From a virus (Duplodnaviria > Caudoviricetes): a stretch of DNA of 45,249 bases. This document shows, piece after piece, positions 43,102 through 45,249 of this stretch (the first letter of the stretch is position 1; the number at the start of each line of letters is the position of its first letter). A program made the position numbers and the translations under genes. A model generated the notes under the pieces. It was not told the DNA's origin, searched no databases, and saw only the letters and a program-made list of their open reading frames with translations. The DNA is taken from IMG/VR virus record IMGVR_UViG_3300022936_000003, positions 1-45,249 of that record; one strand, given 5' to 3'.

Positions 43102-43520
43102 CAGGAGCCCTCGGTCTCATAGGGGAAGCCGTAGAACGCGACGTGCATGATGACCGTTTCGTCCACCGGGTAGAACCACAGGGATTGAGTCGTCAGGTCA
43201 TAGGTCAGCGGATCGCCGTCATAGAGGGGCATTCCCAGTTCGCTCGTCGGCTCCACGCCGTCGTCGCGCCAGCGGCAGGTCCCGCCCTCAACGCGGACCA
43301 GGGCCGACGACGCACCATCGGGAGGAACCGGGCGCCACGGCCCATCCCATTCGTTATGGCGAACGTAGCCAAGCGGGACCTGCTGAACCGGGGCCAGCGC
43401 CACCACCTCGGCATAGGCCACGCCATCGACCAGACCGTCATTGTCCGAACTGATCGCCACCGGCATAAGCGCGCGGGCGCCCTGCCTTCGCGTCACAAAG
43501 GGGCTTCGTGGTGACAGCAT
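43101..43520 (-). CDS. hypothetical beta-rich protein (possible fiber adaptor)
   Basis: [34 protein letters not shown]; TGATG-coupled to the collagen gene. Confidence 0.7.
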   Translation of the reverse strand: MLSPRSPFVTRRQGARALMPVAISSDNDGLVDGVAYAEVVALAPVQQVPLGYVRHNEWDGPWRPVPPDGASSALVRVEGGTCRWRDDGVEPTSELGMPLYDGDPLTYDLTTQSLWFYPVDETVIMHVAFYGFPYETEGS

Positions 43521-43588
43521 CGGCCCGTGTCCTGAAAGACCGCCCCCCCTGACGCCGAAACCCCTAACCGAAACGCCCCGTTCCCGAC

Positions 43589-43633
43589 AAACAGAAAAAG
43601 ACCCCGCCCGACGATCTCTCGCCAGACGGGGCC
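43589..43633 (-). terminator. intrinsic terminator
   Basis: GGCCCCGTCTGGCGA...TCGTCGGGCGGGGTC followed by TTTTTCTGTTT on the minus strand. Confidence 0.75.
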
Positions 43634-43667
43634 ACCGGACATTCAGGGGGGCTTCATAGCCCGGCCG

Positions 43668-44693
43668 CTATGCGTCGCCCGACAAGGGCGGCATGTCAAC
43701 GATTTGGAAACGGTCGATGCCGTCGCCGGTCGAGTCGATGCTCCAGAAGGGGTCAAGGATGTCACCCGCCGCCTTCAGGCGTTGCCCATCACGGAAGATG
43801 ACCGTGACGACAGCGGATCCGACAGGGTTCGCTCCACCGGACCACGGAAGCCACCCGTCAGCGTCAGGGCGGCCGATGAAGTCGTAACAGTCGAAATGGT
43901 ATGAACGCTCGTCGTCGCCGTCTTCCCAGACGTGTCTCGGGCCATCAAGGGCGCGCACCCGCTTGATTTCGCCAGAGCCTTCGCGGCCCACCTTCACCCG
44001 GAGCACGTCCCCTCGCATCAGCCCCTCCGCACTCGTCAAAGGGCCGGGAGCGGGAGGGGTCGGGGCGGCGGGCGCGATTCGCTCGACTTCCTCGGGCTTG
44101 AACGCCCCGAGGCCGTGGCCTGGGTGCGACAGGAAGATCATGTCGTCTTCGATCTTCGTGATCGGCGCGACGTGACCCTCCCAGTATTTCAGAACCCGAA
44201 CCGTATCGCCGGCCTGAAGCGGCTGGACCTTCGCTCGCAAATCCGCCGCAACGTCCGCCATGCCCTTGATGACCGGAGCCACGTCCTCGCCCCGGCATCC
44301 GTGACCGTCCTGCGCCGGGACAGCGGCCCCGTGGTCGTCGGAGTGAAACGGGGAAGCATGGCGCGCGAGGCGTTCGGCCTGTTCGCGCGAGACCGTCCAC
44401 AGTGTGTCCACCTCGCGCTTCACGACGCCGAAGCCCATGCAAGCGGTGCAGCCCATGAACGTGTTCGGCTCGCCAGCGATAGCCCCGACGTGGCCCGCGC
44501 CGTCACAGTTGCTGCAAGGTTCCGCGCCCAGCAGGTCATCGTCCCGCTCCCCCAGGTCCAGCACGATTGACGCCGGAACCACCGCAAGGTCGTCGCCGGT
44601 CGGGGTCGTGCCGAAATGCACCGTGTAACGGCCACGGTCGAAAGCCGTCAGCACAGCGGCGCGGAGAACAGAGGTCTTGATTATCGAGGTCAT
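43668..44693 (-). CDS. multi-module hypothetical protein (CxxCxGxG zinc finger, SH3/KOW-like modules, W-GG-NPV module)
   Basis: CSNCDGAG...CTACMGFG; GDTVRV and GDVLRV; DGWLPWSGGANPV. Confidence 0.72.
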   Translation of the reverse strand: MTSIIKTSVLRAAVLTAFDRGRYTVHFGTTPTGDDLAVVPASIVLDLGERDDDLLGAEPCSNCDGAGHVGAIAGEPNTFMGCTACMGFGVVKREVDTLWTVSREQAERLARHASPFHSDDHGAAVPAQDGHGCRGEDVAPVIKGMADVAADLRAKVQPLQAGDTVRVLKYWEGHVAPITKIEDDMIFLSHPGHGLGAFKPEEVERIAPAAPTPPAPGPLTSAEGLMRGDVLRVKVGREGSGEIKRVRALDGPRHVWEDGDDERSYHFDCYDFIGRPDADGWLPWSGGANPVGSAVVTVIFRDGQRLKAAGDILDPFWSIDSTGDGIDRFQIVDMPPLSGDA

Positions 44694-44697
44694 GGGT

Positions 44698-44862
44698 TCA
44701 GCCTTTCAGGGTGATGTTTACAGGATGGGGCCACGAGACCCAGCGGACAGAGCCGTCAGCGTCTTCGACCCGACGTTCAATCCGGACGCCTAACAGGGTG
44801 GGGCGCAGGCGATAGTCGCCTGACCACCGCCTGCCGTAAATGTCGCCCGTGCGGCGGGGCAT
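44698..44862 (-). CDS. small hypothetical protein
   Basis: MPRRTGDIYGRRWSGDYRLRPTLLG...; TGATG coupling. Confidence 0.55.
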   Translation of the reverse strand: MPRRTGDIYGRRWSGDYRLRPTLLGVRIERRVEDADGSVRWVSWPHPVNITLKG

Positions 44863-45092
44863 CAGGGCGCCGTGACCTTCTGCAACAGCAGAGCCATCGC
44901 ATGGGCAGAGGAACGCGCGCCTTTGCGTTCGCCGGCCGCGTAAGCGCCTTCCAGATACGCCGCCAGCGTCGCGCCCGTGATGGTCATCGGCTCGCCCGAC
45001 AGCAGCGCCGCGATATGCGCGGGCTGATCCGGCATCCGCTTCTGCATGAACGGAACCCATTTTTCAGGGATGGCGTCTTTGGACCGGGTCAT
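44862..45092 (-). CDS. hypothetical protein
   Basis: ATGA-coupled to the junction-spanning ORF; LAAYLEGAYAAG. Confidence 0.65.
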   Translation of the reverse strand: MTRSKDAIPEKWVPFMQKRMPDQPAHIAALLSGEPMTITGATLAAYLEGAYAAGERKGARSSAHAMALLLQKVTAP

Positions 45093-45122
45093 GCCGCAAA
45101 CCTCACCTTGCCGTCGTCGCCT

Positions 45123-45249
45123 AGCTGGACGGTCAGGGGCGGGAAGGTGACCTGTCCTTTGCGTTGGCGCGACAGCCAGAACATTTCTCCCGCCGTATCG
45201 GTGTCAGGCCAGTCGCCGCCGACAGACAACCTCTCCTCACAGTCCTCGA
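45123..45249. repeat. copy of 1-127 (assembly overlap)
   Basis: identical to the window start. Confidence 0.95.

Noticed and set aside
45123-45249. 127-bp terminal direct repeat as a biological DTR
   Set aside because: Length matches a standard assembly k-mer and it falls mid-ORF; best read as a circular overlap
1-45249. Integrase, CI/Cro switch, ParAB, reverse transcriptase/DGR or retron
   Set aside because: No recombinase, S24-HTH, ParA-type or YxDD RT motifs recognised in any ORF

Overview
The window is an apparently complete, circularly assembled ~45.1 kb high-GC tailed phage genome. The first 127 nt repeat the last 127 nt, and one ORF reads through the junction. It is an HK97-like siphophage, probably of an alphaproteobacterium such as Caulobacteraceae (inferred from a GapR-like protein, gene style and GC content). 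It carries a full morphogenesis module (TerS, TerL, portal, S49 protease, major capsid protein, connectors, tail tube, frameshifted tail chaperones, tape measure, tip proteins, Asp-box/Kelch propeller receptor-binding protein) and a holin/endolysin/spanin cassette. It also has lambda-like replication (initiator with iterons, DnaB), RecE/RecT-like recombination, a RuvC-like resolvase, two DNA methyltransferases and three HNH proteins. I see no integrase or CI-type repressor. Four features stand out. (1) A probable regulatory circuit: a palindromic box ATGTWWACAT, often in pairs 23 bp apart, sits in front of the early/accessory units, and a ~68-nt promoter-hairpin-seed-terminator sRNA at 42042-42110 has an unpaired seed GGUUUCAGCCCC complementary to a GGCTGA(A) motif just before many of those same start codons. 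(2) A glycan-modification module in the head-completion region, in which a startless glycosyltransferase-like frame appears fused to a small virion-type protein by a -1 frameshift, next to a GT9-methyltransferase fusion. (3) A tRNA-mimic RNA upstream of terS. (4) A Gly-Gly peptide plus polytopic membrane protein pair ahead of the lysis genes. All functional calls come from motif recognition by eye; no searches were run.
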